From Leptolinea sp. UBA5203 (GTDB taxonomy: Bacteria > Chloroflexota > Anaerolineae > Anaerolineales > Anaerolineaceae): a stretch of DNA of 64,000 bases. The notes under the pieces were generated by a model that made no database searches, was not told the DNA's origin, and worked only from the letters and a program-made list of their open reading frames with translations. The position numbers were made by a program, and so were the translations under genes. Location of the stretch: the NCBI GenBank assembly GCA_002412765.1, contig DHVR01000002.1:73191-137190 (forward strand), in the 5' to 3' direction. How positions within the stretch are numbered: position 1 is the first letter of the stretch; each line of letters opens with the position of its first letter. Below are positions 10,821 to 20,957 of this stretch, one piece after another.

Positions 10821-11617
10821 AGCATTTGAACGGGGATCAAGCGATTCTGATCTTCCATTTGTTCAGACAGGACAGGGAAATTGCTGCGCATGGCGATGGT
10901 TTCATCAGGATCAATGAGAATGGTCTGGACAAGCTCATCCGTTTGATTGGCCTGGAATAAAACCTCTCCCCAGGGATTAATGATGGCGCTGCTGCCCCCG
11001 AAAGTCTCCCTATGCGTGCCACCCACGGCATTACAGGCGATGAAAAAGCTCTGGTTTTCGATGGCCCGTGCCGGGAGCAGGAGATTCCAATGATTAATTC
11101 TCGTGATTGGCCAGGCGGCAGGCATCAAAAACACGTTACAGCCGGCGTGGGCAAGGGATTGAAAGAGGGCAGGAAAGCGCAGATCATAACAGACGGAAAG
11201 ACCCAGTGCGGCAAAATGAGTTTGGACCCCTGTATAGGAATCGCCAGGTTGGAACCAGTGGTGTTCGTTCATCAAGCGAATGAGGTGAATTTTCCGGTAA
11301 ACGAACTTCTCGCCTGCGGGTCCAAGCAAAACAAACGTATTATAATAGGCTGAGTTTTCTTGTGTAATATAGCTGCCGGCAATCCAGATTTTTTTCTGGG
11401 CAGCTTGCAAAGCCAATTCAATCAGGATTTCCCGGTCGGCATGAACATGCATGTCGCATTGATTCAAATCAAATCCGGAGGTCCATAATTCGGGCAGGAG
11501 CAGCACATGTTCTTGGATCGGGTTTAAAGCCGCAATCACTTGCAGGACCTTATCCAGATTGCGAGCAGGTTGCCCGAAGGCAGACTGAATTTGTGCGACG
11601 GTTATTTCTGTTTTCAT
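10814..11617 (-). CDS. carbon-nitrogen hydrolase (nitrilase superfamily, omega-amidase-like)
   Basis: The Glu-Lys-Cys triad context is visible: LLLPELW, YRKIHL and LSVCYDLRFP. Confidence 0.85.
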   Translation of the reverse strand: MKTEITVAQIQSAFGQPARNLDKVLQVIAALNPIQEHVLLLPELWTSGFDLNQCDMHVHADREILIELALQAAQKKIWIAGSYITQENSAYYNTFVLLGPAGEKFVYRKIHLIRLMNEHHWFQPGDSYTGVQTHFAALGLSVCYDLRFPALFQSLAHAGCNVFLMPAAWPITRINHWNLLLPARAIENQSFFIACNAVGGTHRETFGGSSAIINPWGEVLFQANQTDELVQTILIDPDETIAMRSNFPVLSEQMEDQNRLIPVQMLH

Positions 11618-11668
11618 TTGTCCTTCGATTATAATTTATACGATGACCCTTTGAAAAGGAGTGTCCCA

Positions 11669-12946
11669 TTGAAGTATAAAAACTATCAAAGAAACCTGAT
11701 CATAGTTCTGGGTCTGGCTGCGTTGATTCTCTTTATTGTAGTCTATTTTGCCAACCTGAAAGCAGCCGAGTGGCAGGGGGTGGGTAAAGAATTTTTCAGT
11801 CAATGGACCAACACAAGAACTTTTCTAACCACCGGATTCTCCCCTTATAAACAAGAAGCTCTTTTTCAAGTTGAGCAGGAAGCTTTTTTAACGGGCTTAA
11901 CCTTTAATGGTAACTTTTCTACGAACGCGGAACCCCTCTATAGCTTATTAGTTTTCATCCCCTTTGTGATCATTCAGTCCTTTGAACATGCTTTTGCTGC
12001 CTGGTTATTAGTGAATGAGGCTTTGCTGGTTTTTACCTTCTGGCTGCTTTATCGCTTGAGTTCCTGGAAAGGCGGCCGGGCTTTGTTTGCCTTTGTGTGT
12101 TTGACCGTTGTCGGATGGAAATCCATGCTGGCAGTTTTGTTCAGCGGGAGCAGCTCAATCCTGATCCTCTTCGCCGTGATTGGTGTGTTATATACCCTAA
12201 AACATGGCATGAATGAATTGGCAGGGGTTTTATTGGCGATCTCAACGATAAAAATTGATATACTATGGCTGCCCATCCTCTTTGTGTTGGTTTATTGCTA
12301 TGTAAAGCAAAACAAGAAGACATTGCTATGGTTTTTTGTATCCATCTTGTTGGTGAGTGTTAGTTTGATGCTGCTTGACCCCGCCTGGATCCAAGATTAT
12401 CTGATTGCTTTTCTAACTCAACTGCTGAATTATCCGCATAATTTGTTTAAGGCAACTTCCATTGCTCAATTATTTAATGAAAGTTACTTCAGCTTCTTCT
12501 CTCCGGCATTAGGAACCATTTTTCTGACTTTTGGCGTTCGACTTGGTAATGTGTTTACCATGTTAATCACTGGTTTGATGCTGTTTGAGTGGGCATCAAT
12601 GAAAAAGCGGGATGATAAAGGAATTCTATGGTTATTCTGTTTAACCATCCTGGTCAGTACCTGGATTGGGGTAAATCCTAAAACTGAATTGTTTGTATAT
12701 TTTGTTCCGATCGTGTTTCTTTTCATCAGCTTGCTGCATGACCGATGGAAAGGGAATGGGAGGTTTTTGTATTGGATCGTGCCCTTGATCCTCTTCGCGC
12801 TCAACTGGTTTGCCTTCGCATCCGATTCACCGATCCTGATTCTGATGTACGGCCTTTATCCATTCGTGATTTTCAGCTTATTGTATTGGATTCGCTGGTG
12901 GGCTCTGTCTAAGAACTTTCTGGTGTACGAGTGGAATTTAAAGTGA
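11669..12946 (+). CDS. polytopic membrane protein (DUF2029/GT87-like candidate)
   Basis: About 11 TM segments. I propose a TTG start at 11669, 7 nt after AAGGAG. The track ORF start at 11540 would overlap the convergently read hydrolase gene. Confidence 0.45.
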   Translation: MKYKNYQRNLIIVLGLAALILFIVVYFANLKAAEWQGVGKEFFSQWTNTRTFLTTGFSPYKQEALFQVEQEAFLTGLTFNGNFSTNAEPLYSLLVFIPFVIIQSFEHAFAAWLLVNEALLVFTFWLLYRLSSWKGGRALFAFVCLTVVGWKSMLAVLFSGSSSILILFAVIGVLYTLKHGMNELAGVLLAISTIKIDILWLPILFVLVYCYVKQNKKTLLWFFVSILLVSVSLMLLDPAWIQDYLIAFLTQLLNYPHNLFKATSIAQLFNESYFSFFSPALGTIFLTFGVRLGNVFTMLITGLMLFEWASMKKRDDKGILWLFCLTILVSTWIGVNPKTELFVYFVPIVFLFISLLHDRWKGNGRFLYWIVPLILFALNWFAFASDSPILILMYGLYPFVIFSLLYWIRWWALSKNFLVYEWNLK

Positions 12947-14436
12947 ACCAGGTTATTAAGCTGACGCTTCAGAAAAATTGGAAGGTCATCAGTCTGATCG
13001 CTCTGGCTGTGCTTTTGCGCGTCTTTACGATCCATCAAAGGGGCATCTGGTATGACGATGCCTTCAGCATCCTGTTGGCCAAACAACCAATTATGCAAAT
13101 CTTAACTGGTACGGCAGCCGATACCATGCCGCCACTTTATTATATTTTGCTGCATTATTGGATGAAAATCTCGACACAGATTGCCTGGATTCGAATGCTG
13201 AACCTCTTGATTTTTATGGCGATGCTTGGTTATGTCTATTACTGGGTAAAGCAATTGTCTTCTGGAACTGCTGGGCTGCTGGCAGTTTTCTTTTGCAGCA
13301 TTTCCCCATTCCTGGTGTATCACAGTCAAGAAATTCGCATGTACGTGATGCTGGCTTTCTTTCAGGTGGCCTATTTGTATTATTTCACCCGCTGGTCCTC
13401 TTCGAACGTTAAAAAATTTACCTGGTTGGAAATGGTCATTTGCGGCGCGGGGGCTTTGTACAGTCACAACCTGGCCATCTTTGGTTTGGTGATCCCCGGT
13501 GTGGTTTTGCTCATCCAACGGAATTATTCTGTTCTATGGCGCTGGCTGAAAATCTTCATTGCCAGCCTGATTCTTTTCCTGCCCTGGTTGGTTTTTGTCC
13601 CCGGGCAAATTCAAAAAATTCAAACCGCGTTCTGGACGCCTCGTCCGGGTGTCCTTGAAGTGGTGCAATCCATCTACAGTCTATTTTCGTTTTTACCGCA
13701 GCCCTTTCCCTGGGTCATGATCACAGGAGTGCTCTGTTTTCAACTGCTAGGGCTGGTGGGCTGGGAGTTCAACAAACAACGCCAGCAGATCGCACAGCGG
13801 GCTCTGATTGGCCTGGGGATGGTGTTTATACCCCTGGTGTTGTTCATACTTTCCTATTTTATGCGCCCGGTTTATGTAGCTCGCGGTTTCATTCTTTCAG
13901 GGATCGTGCTTTACTGTCTGGCGGGGATTTTATCCGCCCGGTGTTGGCCGACCGTTTTCGGGAAGATCATCATTGGATTGATGATTTTGATCAGCAGTAT
14001 CAGTTTGCCCTTTTACTATTCATTTAGCTCCTTTCCCCGCTCGCCTTTTGCGCAAGCCTGTGCAGACGTTAATGAGCAGGTGGGGGAACAATCTGAAGGG
14101 ATTGCAGTCCTGCATGATAACAAATTAAGCTCCTTCCCCTGTGTGGTTTATGAACCGGGTTTGCCGCAGATGTTTTTAGGCGATGAGACAGGTTCACACA
14201 ATGATACACTGGCCCTGGCTTCACAGCAGGCCATGCAGCTCTTCCCGGAAGTATCCATCCAGGAGGCGCTGAAGAACAAATCGCAAGTATATTTCTTCGT
14301 TTTTACCCGGGCGTTGGATGAGTATGCGGAGCTTCATACGGACGTGTATCCTTCCCTGGCGTATTTAGACGCGAATTTTCAAGAAATAGATGTCACTTAT
14401 TTTAACGATCTGGCGGTTTACCAATATGCAAAATAA
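12931..14436 (+). CDS. ArnT/PMT-like GT-C glycosyltransferase candidate
   Basis: TM1 is followed by GIWYDDAFSILLAKQP. It is polytopic, and its GTG start overlaps the upstream gene's stop. Confidence 0.65.
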   Translation: MEFKVNQVIKLTLQKNWKVISLIALAVLLRVFTIHQRGIWYDDAFSILLAKQPIMQILTGTAADTMPPLYYILLHYWMKISTQIAWIRMLNLLIFMAMLGYVYYWVKQLSSGTAGLLAVFFCSISPFLVYHSQEIRMYVMLAFFQVAYLYYFTRWSSSNVKKFTWLEMVICGAGALYSHNLAIFGLVIPGVVLLIQRNYSVLWRWLKIFIASLILFLPWLVFVPGQIQKIQTAFWTPRPGVLEVVQSIYSLFSFLPQPFPWVMITGVLCFQLLGLVGWEFNKQRQQIAQRALIGLGMVFIPLVLFILSYFMRPVYVARGFILSGIVLYCLAGILSARCWPTVFGKIIIGLMILISSISLPFYYSFSSFPRSPFAQACADVNEQVGEQSEGIAVLHDNKLSSFPCVVYEPGLPQMFLGDETGSHNDTLALASQQAMQLFPEVSIQEALKNKSQVYFFVFTRALDEYAELHTDVYPSLAYLDANFQEIDVTYFNDLAVYQYAK

Positions 14437-16027
14437 CGAGAACCGGCGCGTCTTTCTCCGGGATGGATTGGGGTTGGCATTGCTAGCCATCCTGTTGACG
14501 ATTCCATCCTTGTTTTTGCAGCTCGTCCCAGGGTATATGGATGCGGAGTATTATTTCATGGGCGGCTTGAATTTATCCCGTGGAAGCGGCTTTTATGAAA
14601 ATACGATCTGGAATACCTTAATACTTCCAAATACGCTGCCTGCGGCCTCTCATCTCTACTGGATGCCTCTACCGTCCATACTTGCCAGTTGGGGGCTTGC
14701 TCTTTTTCATTCAGAAACCTACCTGAATGCCCGTTCCGTTTTTGTGCTCCTGGCGGCCATGATCCCTGTACTGACCTATGGTTTTACTTATCAAATCAGC
14801 AATGATCGTTCCATGAGCCTCACGGCGGGTTACATGGCCGTTTTTTCAGGCATGTACCTGGTTTATTTATCCCTCGTGGAATCGTTTTCCCCCTATATGT
14901 TTTTCGGCGGACTGATCATATTTCTGGTTTATCGGATTCTGGAGTCGCAGAAGAAAATTCATCGAATATGGATTTTTGGAATGATCGGATTGCTGTGCGG
15001 CTTGATGCATCTGTCCCGCGCGGATGGTATCCTCTGGTTGGGATTTGTCGGCTTGTTGATCCTCTGGCGTTTGACCCAGAAGAAGAATTGGATGGAAGCC
15101 ATTCTTTCCGGACTGTGTCTGGTAGGCGGGTATTTAGTTCTCATGCTGCCCTGGTATTTGCGTAATTGGAATTTATTCCATGGGCTTTTTCCGCCGTCCA
15201 ATCAAAGCACCTTGTTTTTTCTCGGCTATAATGACAATTTCCTGTACCCGGCCGGGCAAATCACACTGCAGCGCTGGCTGGGTTCAGGCTGGCAGGCGAT
15301 TGTAAATAGCCGCTTCCAGGCTGTCGGCGCCAATATGCTAACAACCGTCATAATTCATTTCGCTTTTATCTTGCTCCCATTTTTCATTGTGTTTATGATA
15401 GAGAATTGGAAATCTGTTTTTATGCGCTGGGTGATGATTTGTTACTTGATCCAGTTTATCTTTATGAGTGTATTGTTTCCATTCGCCGGAATGCGCGGCG
15501 GTTTTTTTCATTCGGGGTCTGCTTTTCAGATTTTCTTTTGGGTGGCTTCCAGCATCGGACTGTACTCAGCCGTGCGTAAGTTAATGGCGCGGCAAAGGCA
15601 AACCGATCAACGTATTTATGGCATATTTTCGATTGGCGTGCTCTTCATCCTCCTGGCATCCACTTTGCTGTTATACCAGCAGAAAGTGCTTGGAAAAGAG
15701 ATGAATACTGGTTATTGGCAGCAAGACTATGTGGACTATATGGGATTGGAACAGGCGTTGCAGGCAAATGAAATTCCCGTGCAAGCCGGTGTGTTGATTA
15801 ACAATCCCCCCGGATTCTATCTAGTCTCCCATCGACAGGCAATCGTGGTACCGAATGCTTCCATTGCTGGTGTCCATGATTTAGCCGTTCGGTATGAAAT
15901 ACCTTATCTGATTTTGGATGAACATATTGTGCCTGAACTGGCAGATTTTTATCGGGACGGGACTAGCAGGGATGGATTTGAATATCTGTTTACCACTGGG
16001 TCGTTCAAAGTGTACAGGGTGGAATAA
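14426..16027 (+). CDS. polytopic membrane protein, GT-C-type candidate
   Basis: ATG 14426 overlaps the upstream stop. The first loop reads PGYMDAEYYFMGG. It has many TM segments and a soluble C-terminus. Confidence 0.55.
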   Translation: MQNNENRRVFLRDGLGLALLAILLTIPSLFLQLVPGYMDAEYYFMGGLNLSRGSGFYENTIWNTLILPNTLPAASHLYWMPLPSILASWGLALFHSETYLNARSVFVLLAAMIPVLTYGFTYQISNDRSMSLTAGYMAVFSGMYLVYLSLVESFSPYMFFGGLIIFLVYRILESQKKIHRIWIFGMIGLLCGLMHLSRADGILWLGFVGLLILWRLTQKKNWMEAILSGLCLVGGYLVLMLPWYLRNWNLFHGLFPPSNQSTLFFLGYNDNFLYPAGQITLQRWLGSGWQAIVNSRFQAVGANMLTTVIIHFAFILLPFFIVFMIENWKSVFMRWVMICYLIQFIFMSVLFPFAGMRGGFFHSGSAFQIFFWVASSIGLYSAVRKLMARQRQTDQRIYGIFSIGVLFILLASTLLLYQQKVLGKEMNTGYWQQDYVDYMGLEQALQANEIPVQAGVLINNPPGFYLVSHRQAIVVPNASIAGVHDLAVRYEIPYLILDEHIVPELADFYRDGTSRDGFEYLFTTGSFKVYRVE

Positions 16028-16028
16028 G

Positions 16029-17522
16029 ATGAATCAAAGCACTGGTAAACTTTGGCGATTAGGTCTCCCTATACTTTCATTGGTTGCGCTGTCGGGATAC
16101 TTGATAGTAAGTTCTGGAAGCTACGGACTCGGGTATCCGTTGGATGATGCCTGGATTCATCTGACCTATGCCAGAAATATTGTCAATTTCGGCCAGTGGA
16201 TGTTCCTGCCTGGTGTGGTTTCCGGGGGGTCTACTTCGCCTTTATGGACGCTCTTGCTGACACCGGCTTTTATCTTTCAGCTTCAGCCGATCCTTTGGAC
16301 TACCTTTTTGGGTTTTCTCTGTCTCACCTGCCTTGGGTTTCTCACCAGGAAGTTTCTGGAACAGCAGGAGTTGAAATCCTATGCCGTCGGTTTTGCGTTT
16401 TTTATTCTTTTGGAATGGCATTTTGTTTGGGCAGCGCTTTCCGGAATGGAAACTCTGTTGCAGACCGTTGGCAATCTGGCTGCTGCTGTGGTTTTGTTCC
16501 ATGGCTACCAGCACAAAACAAATTCATGGTTGTGGTTTCTGACAGGCGTGTTGATTGGCGCCTTGGTCTGGATTCGCCCCGACAGCTTGACATGGATGGG
16601 TCCGGCACTGGTTTTGACGGTTGCCTCACGCTTTTTCCTTGAATCCCGAAAATCCAATGTCTGGCTATTCTTGTTAGTGGGTTTTTTAATTCCGTTCACA
16701 GGCTATTTGTTTTTCAATCACCAGGTAGCCGGCAGCATTTGGCCGACAACCATGTACGCCAAACAGGCGGAATATCAAGCTCAGTTGAATATACCGTTCT
16801 TGAGCCGGTATTTGCAATTATTCATTCTGCCATTTATTGGGAGCTCCATTCTTTTACTCCCTGGGTTGGTTTATCTTGGCGTGAAGAGTATTCGGTCAAA
16901 AGCTATTCCCATTTTGGTGGTTTATCTTTGGTGGTTGGGCATGGTGGGATTGTACGCCTGGAAGTTGCCGGTCAGTTATCAACATGGCCGCTACATGATC
17001 CCGATCATGATTATCCCAATTCTATGCGGTTTGATTGGATCCGCTGAGCTTGTGCAGTCCTTAAGGGTGAGTCTTGTTTGGAAAAATCGATTGGTGTTTG
17101 GCGGAATCAGTCTATTAATTGGATTACAGTTTGCTTTTTATGGCCTGGGCGCTAACGCTTATCGTCAAGATGTGGGTGTGATTGAATCTGAAATGGTACA
17201 AACCGCTAAATGGGTAGCCGAAAATATTCCAGCAGATAAAAATCTGGCAGTACACGATATCGGCGCGATGGGGTTTTACTCTCGGAGGAACTTTGTGGAT
17301 CTGGCCGGATTAATCAATCCGGAAGTGATTCCCTTCATCCGCAATGAAGAACAATTGGCTGTTTTTTTGGACGAAAAGAATATGGATTACGTGATTGTTT
17401 TTCCAAACTGGTATAACAATTTGTTGGAAAATAAGGAAATTCTGTATACGACGAACAATAGCTTATCTCCATCCCTGGGTGGAGGCAACATGACTATCTT
17501 TTGTTGGAAAAAATGCAAGTGA
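16029..17522 (+). CDS. polytopic membrane protein, GT-C-type candidate
   Basis: ATG 16029 lies 1 nt after the upstream TAA. The first loop reads GYPLDDAWIHLTYARN. It has many TM segments and a soluble C-terminus. Confidence 0.55.
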   Translation: MNQSTGKLWRLGLPILSLVALSGYLIVSSGSYGLGYPLDDAWIHLTYARNIVNFGQWMFLPGVVSGGSTSPLWTLLLTPAFIFQLQPILWTTFLGFLCLTCLGFLTRKFLEQQELKSYAVGFAFFILLEWHFVWAALSGMETLLQTVGNLAAAVVLFHGYQHKTNSWLWFLTGVLIGALVWIRPDSLTWMGPALVLTVASRFFLESRKSNVWLFLLVGFLIPFTGYLFFNHQVAGSIWPTTMYAKQAEYQAQLNIPFLSRYLQLFILPFIGSSILLLPGLVYLGVKSIRSKAIPILVVYLWWLGMVGLYAWKLPVSYQHGRYMIPIMIIPILCGLIGSAELVQSLRVSLVWKNRLVFGGISLLIGLQFAFYGLGANAYRQDVGVIESEMVQTAKWVAENIPADKNLAVHDIGAMGFYSRRNFVDLAGLINPEVIPFIRNEEQLAVFLDEKNMDYVIVFPNWYNNLLENKEILYTTNNSLSPSLGGGNMTIFCWKKCK

Positions 17523-17615
17523 CATATTTGTAACAATAAAATCATTTATGCTATACTTAATAATTAGTACCCCAAATAAATGGGTTGACTTTCTGAGTCT
17601 AGGAGAACTGCTGAT

Positions 17616-18668
17616 ATGGATCTTGCTTCAGCTGTAACCGATCAAAACTTTGATGAATACAAAAGCGACTTGCTGAGTGAGATCGAGCGTTCTCGCAATA
17701 AATTGGACGAAATTTCCAATATGATTGAGCAAAGCCAGGTCGAGTTAAGTAAACTGGTTGAGCGAAATGCTTCCATCTCCGGACACTTGCAGCATGTAAA
17801 AAGTCAAATCGATGTTATTCCTCGGCCGGATATTCGCACAGCATATAATGCCGCCATGGATGCTCAACAGCGGTTGATGGTCATGCGCGGGCAGCTTGAA
17901 AAATTACAATGCGAAAAAGAACAAATTCAAGTCCACTTACAATTTCTAGAAAAAACCAATCAGAATTTTTATAGAGAAGGCGATAATAAAAGTCGGAAGT
18001 CCAACCAGAGTGGAAAGGACGTCCTGGAAATGGTTATTAGTTCACAGGAAGCCGTACGTCAGCGATTGTCCCGTCAGATGCATGATGGTCCTGCGCAAGC
18101 TTTATCAAACTTTATCGTACAAGCCGAAATCGCAGGACGCCTCTTTGAAATTGATGCTAGTCGTGCCAGAGATGAACTGGCTAATTTAAAAGCTGCAGCC
18201 TTAAGCACATTTCAAAAAGTTCGTATTTTTATTTTTGAATTACGCCCGATGATGTTGGACGATCTTGGATTATTCCCTACCATCAAGCGCTATGTGGATA
18301 ATTTTAAAGAAGAAATTAATCATGACGTAACACTCTCCATCAAAGGGCAGGAACGTCGTCTAGAACCCTATCTGGAGGTCATGATTTTTAGAGCCATCCA
18401 GGAATTATTGGGGAATGCTGCCAGACATAACAACGAAAAAGTGGATATTGACGTGAAGATCTTGATTGAGGATAATTGGATCCGAGTGTCTGTCAGTGAT
18501 ACAGGTAAGGGATTTGATCCATCCAAGTTAGATAAATCTGAAGGATTGGGTTTAAAATTAATCAAGGAGAGAGTTGAGCTTCTCGGCGGCAACATGGATT
18601 TTGAATCAGCCATAGGACAGGGAACAAAAATAACTTTTAAAGTTCCTTGTTTGGAAATTAAGAAATAA
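17616..18668 (+). CDS. cytoplasmic sensor histidine kinase, DegS/NarL-partner type (HisKA_3 + HATPase_c)
   Basis: The N-terminus is coiled-coil. The H-box is RQMHDGPAQALSN and the ATPase motifs are DTGKGF and GLGLKLI. It has no TM segment, and no response regulator lies next to it. Confidence 0.85.
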   Translation: MDLASAVTDQNFDEYKSDLLSEIERSRNKLDEISNMIEQSQVELSKLVERNASISGHLQHVKSQIDVIPRPDIRTAYNAAMDAQQRLMVMRGQLEKLQCEKEQIQVHLQFLEKTNQNFYREGDNKSRKSNQSGKDVLEMVISSQEAVRQRLSRQMHDGPAQALSNFIVQAEIAGRLFEIDASRARDELANLKAAALSTFQKVRIFIFELRPMMLDDLGLFPTIKRYVDNFKEEINHDVTLSIKGQERRLEPYLEVMIFRAIQELLGNAARHNNEKVDIDVKILIEDNWIRVSVSDTGKGFDPSKLDKSEGLGLKLIKERVELLGGNMDFESAIGQGTKITFKVPCLEIKK

Positions 18669-18715
18669 TTTCAAATTATAGTCATCATTAAAAATCATTA
18701 TATATCATCGGAGGG

Positions 18716-19888
18716 ATGATGAAGAAGACGTTAGGTCTCCTTACTGGCGGTGGCGATGTACCTGGATTAAATCCATGTATGAAAGCAGTTGTGATGAGTG
18801 CGTTGGAAGCTGGTTACAATGTAATTGGCATTAAACGTGGTTGGGGTGGACTGCTTGGTTACAATCCGGATGATCCAGATAGCGAAGCCAAGAATATCCG
18901 CAGATTAACAAGTGAGGATGTACGTATTATTGACCGCACTGGCGGAACATTTTTACATACTTCTCGAACCAATCCCCAACGGGTCTCCCCAGGGATGGTG
19001 CCTGATTTTCTCAAAGGTTCTCCATTGGGAAAACAGATTGATGATCAGGGTACCATGGATTACACTGCACATGTATTGAAGGTGCTGGAAATTCTGGGTA
19101 TTGATACCATGGTCACGATTGGCGGCGATGACACTTTAAGTTATTCTGTCCGCCTTCATCAGGAAGGTATCCCGGTCATTGCCATCCCCAAGACCATGGA
19201 TAATGATGTTTTCGGAACCGATTATTGTATTGGTTTCTCCACTGCCGTTACCCGCAGCGTGGAGTTTATTACCAATATGCGTACTTCTGTCGGTTCTCAT
19301 GAACGAATTGGCATTGTGGAATTATTTGGACGTAATTCCGGTGAAACTAGCTTGATCAGTGCCTATCTGGCGTATGTCGATCGCGCGATCATCACTGAAG
19401 TTCATTGCAATGTGGATCGTTTATGCGAATTTCTGATGCGCGACAAGCGTAATAATCCTTCCAATTATGCCATTATGACCATTTCCGAAGGGGCTATCTT
19501 GGAAGGTGGCGCTGTGATTGAAACCGGCGAAGAAGATGCATACGGACACCGCAAATTAGGCGGAGTTGGGCAGCTTCTTTCTGAGCAGGTTAAGCAAATC
19601 ACCGGTGAGAACATCATGGTTCAGCAACTGGCATACTTGATGCGTTCCGGCGCTCCGGATTCATTAGATCGAATGGTTGCCATGTCCTTTGGGCATTTGG
19701 CCATTCAGCTGGTTCAACGCGGGGATACTGGCAAGATCGTGGGTCTGCACGGCGGAAAGTATACTACCATGCCGGTCAGCATCGTCCTGGCGGGTAAGAA
19801 GCGCGTTGATGTACCTGCTTTCTATGATATTGAGAATTACAAGCCCAAGATTAAAGATTTCATGGGCGTGCCGATGTTCTTAAGCTAG
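18716..19888 (+). CDS. pfp: 6-phosphofructokinase, probably PPi-dependent
   Basis: Motifs [19 protein letters not shown] and PKTMDNDV are present. The Asp in GGDD and the Lys in PKT are the residues associated with PPi rather than ATP specificity. Confidence 0.9.
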   Translation: MMKKTLGLLTGGGDVPGLNPCMKAVVMSALEAGYNVIGIKRGWGGLLGYNPDDPDSEAKNIRRLTSEDVRIIDRTGGTFLHTSRTNPQRVSPGMVPDFLKGSPLGKQIDDQGTMDYTAHVLKVLEILGIDTMVTIGGDDTLSYSVRLHQEGIPVIAIPKTMDNDVFGTDYCIGFSTAVTRSVEFITNMRTSVGSHERIGIVELFGRNSGETSLISAYLAYVDRAIITEVHCNVDRLCEFLMRDKRNNPSNYAIMTISEGAILEGGAVIETGEEDAYGHRKLGGVGQLLSEQVKQITGENIMVQQLAYLMRSGAPDSLDRMVAMSFGHLAIQLVQRGDTGKIVGLHGGKYTTMPVSIVLAGKKRVDVPAFYDIENYKPKIKDFMGVPMFLS

Positions 19889-19933
19889 CACCACAAAAAC
19901 TTTTTCGGATACCGGAAAGGTATCTATGGAGGA

Positions 19934-20887
19934 ATGATGATCGTAACTACTGCAAAATTATTTGAAGCCGCCTATGGTAAATATGCTATTGGCGCATATA
20001 ACATAAACAACCTTGAGCAAACCATGGGTTTATTCCAGGGCAACTTACAAAGCAAAGCTCCCTTCATTATCCAAATTAGCAAGGGTGCTCGCAAATTTAC
20101 CCATAAATTAATGCTCGAGGGATTGATTCGCAGTGCCGATGAAGTCTTCCCTGAAGCGATTTTTGCTGTGCATCTGGATCATGGTGATGAAGAAACCTGT
20201 TATGACTGCATCGATTCCGGTTTCTACAGCTCCGTAATGATTGATGCCAGTCATTACTCTTTTGATGAGAATATTGCCATCACCAAGCGGGTTGTGGATC
20301 GCGCGCATGCCAAGGGTCTGGTTGTGGAAGCTGAATTGGGTCAGTTGGGCGGCGTGGAAGAGGATGTTCAGGTCAGTGAAGCAGAAGCTAAATTGACCAA
20401 TCCTGCACAGGCAAAAGAATTTGTGGAACGTTCCGGTGTGGATTCTTTGGCTTGCGCCATTGGCACCAGCCATGGAGCTTTCAAATTCTCGGGTTCACAA
20501 TCCTTGCATTTTGAAGTTTTGGAAGAGATTCAGAAGGTTTTGCCTGGTTTCCCATTGGTCATGCATGGCAGCAGCTCTGTCCCACAAGAAGAAGTCCAAC
20601 GTATCAATGCCGCTGGCGGTAAGATGGGTGGCGCAAAGGGTGTCGATGCCAGCCAGTTCAAACATGCTGCCGAATTGGGCGTTACCAAAGTGAATATCGA
20701 TACCGACGGCCGTCTGGTTTGGACTCGTGTACACCGAGAATTCTTCCGTGATTTTCCTGAGAAGTTTGACTTACGCGATCCCGGTGTCATTTTCATGAAA
20801 GAATATGCGAATTTTATCGCTGACAAGAATGAGAAATTAGGCAGCGCCGGTCAGTTGGATGCCGTAAGAAAGATGTTGACTAAGTAA
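19934..20887 (+). CDS. fba: class II fructose-1,6-bisphosphate aldolase
   Basis: The motifs AIGAYNINNLE, HLDHG and GTSHGAFKF are typical of class II FBA. Confidence 0.9.
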   Translation: MMIVTTAKLFEAAYGKYAIGAYNINNLEQTMGLFQGNLQSKAPFIIQISKGARKFTHKLMLEGLIRSADEVFPEAIFAVHLDHGDEETCYDCIDSGFYSSVMIDASHYSFDENIAITKRVVDRAHAKGLVVEAELGQLGGVEEDVQVSEAEAKLTNPAQAKEFVERSGVDSLACAIGTSHGAFKFSGSQSLHFEVLEEIQKVLPGFPLVMHGSSSVPQEEVQRINAAGGKMGGAKGVDASQFKHAAELGVTKVNIDTDGRLVWTRVHREFFRDFPEKFDLRDPGVIFMKEYANFIADKNEKLGSAGQLDAVRKMLTK

Positions 20888-20906
20888 ACCCATTAATCTA
20901 AAGTGA

Positions 20907-20950
20907 AAGACATCTACTGGTTTTATACGGTAGATGTCTTCTCTTTTCTG
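20907..20950 (+). terminator. rho-independent terminator after fba
   Basis: The stem AAGACATCTAC / GTAGATGTCTT (20907-20940) is followed by CTCTTTTCT. Confidence 0.6.
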
Positions 20951-20957
20951 GAGGAAT

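Noticed and set aside
11540-11668. An upstream extension of the membrane-protein ORF that overlaps the nitrilase-family gene.
   Set aside because: The extension lies antisense to a well-supported gene. A TTG start with an AAGGAG RBS at 11669 gives a sensible N-terminus just before TM1.
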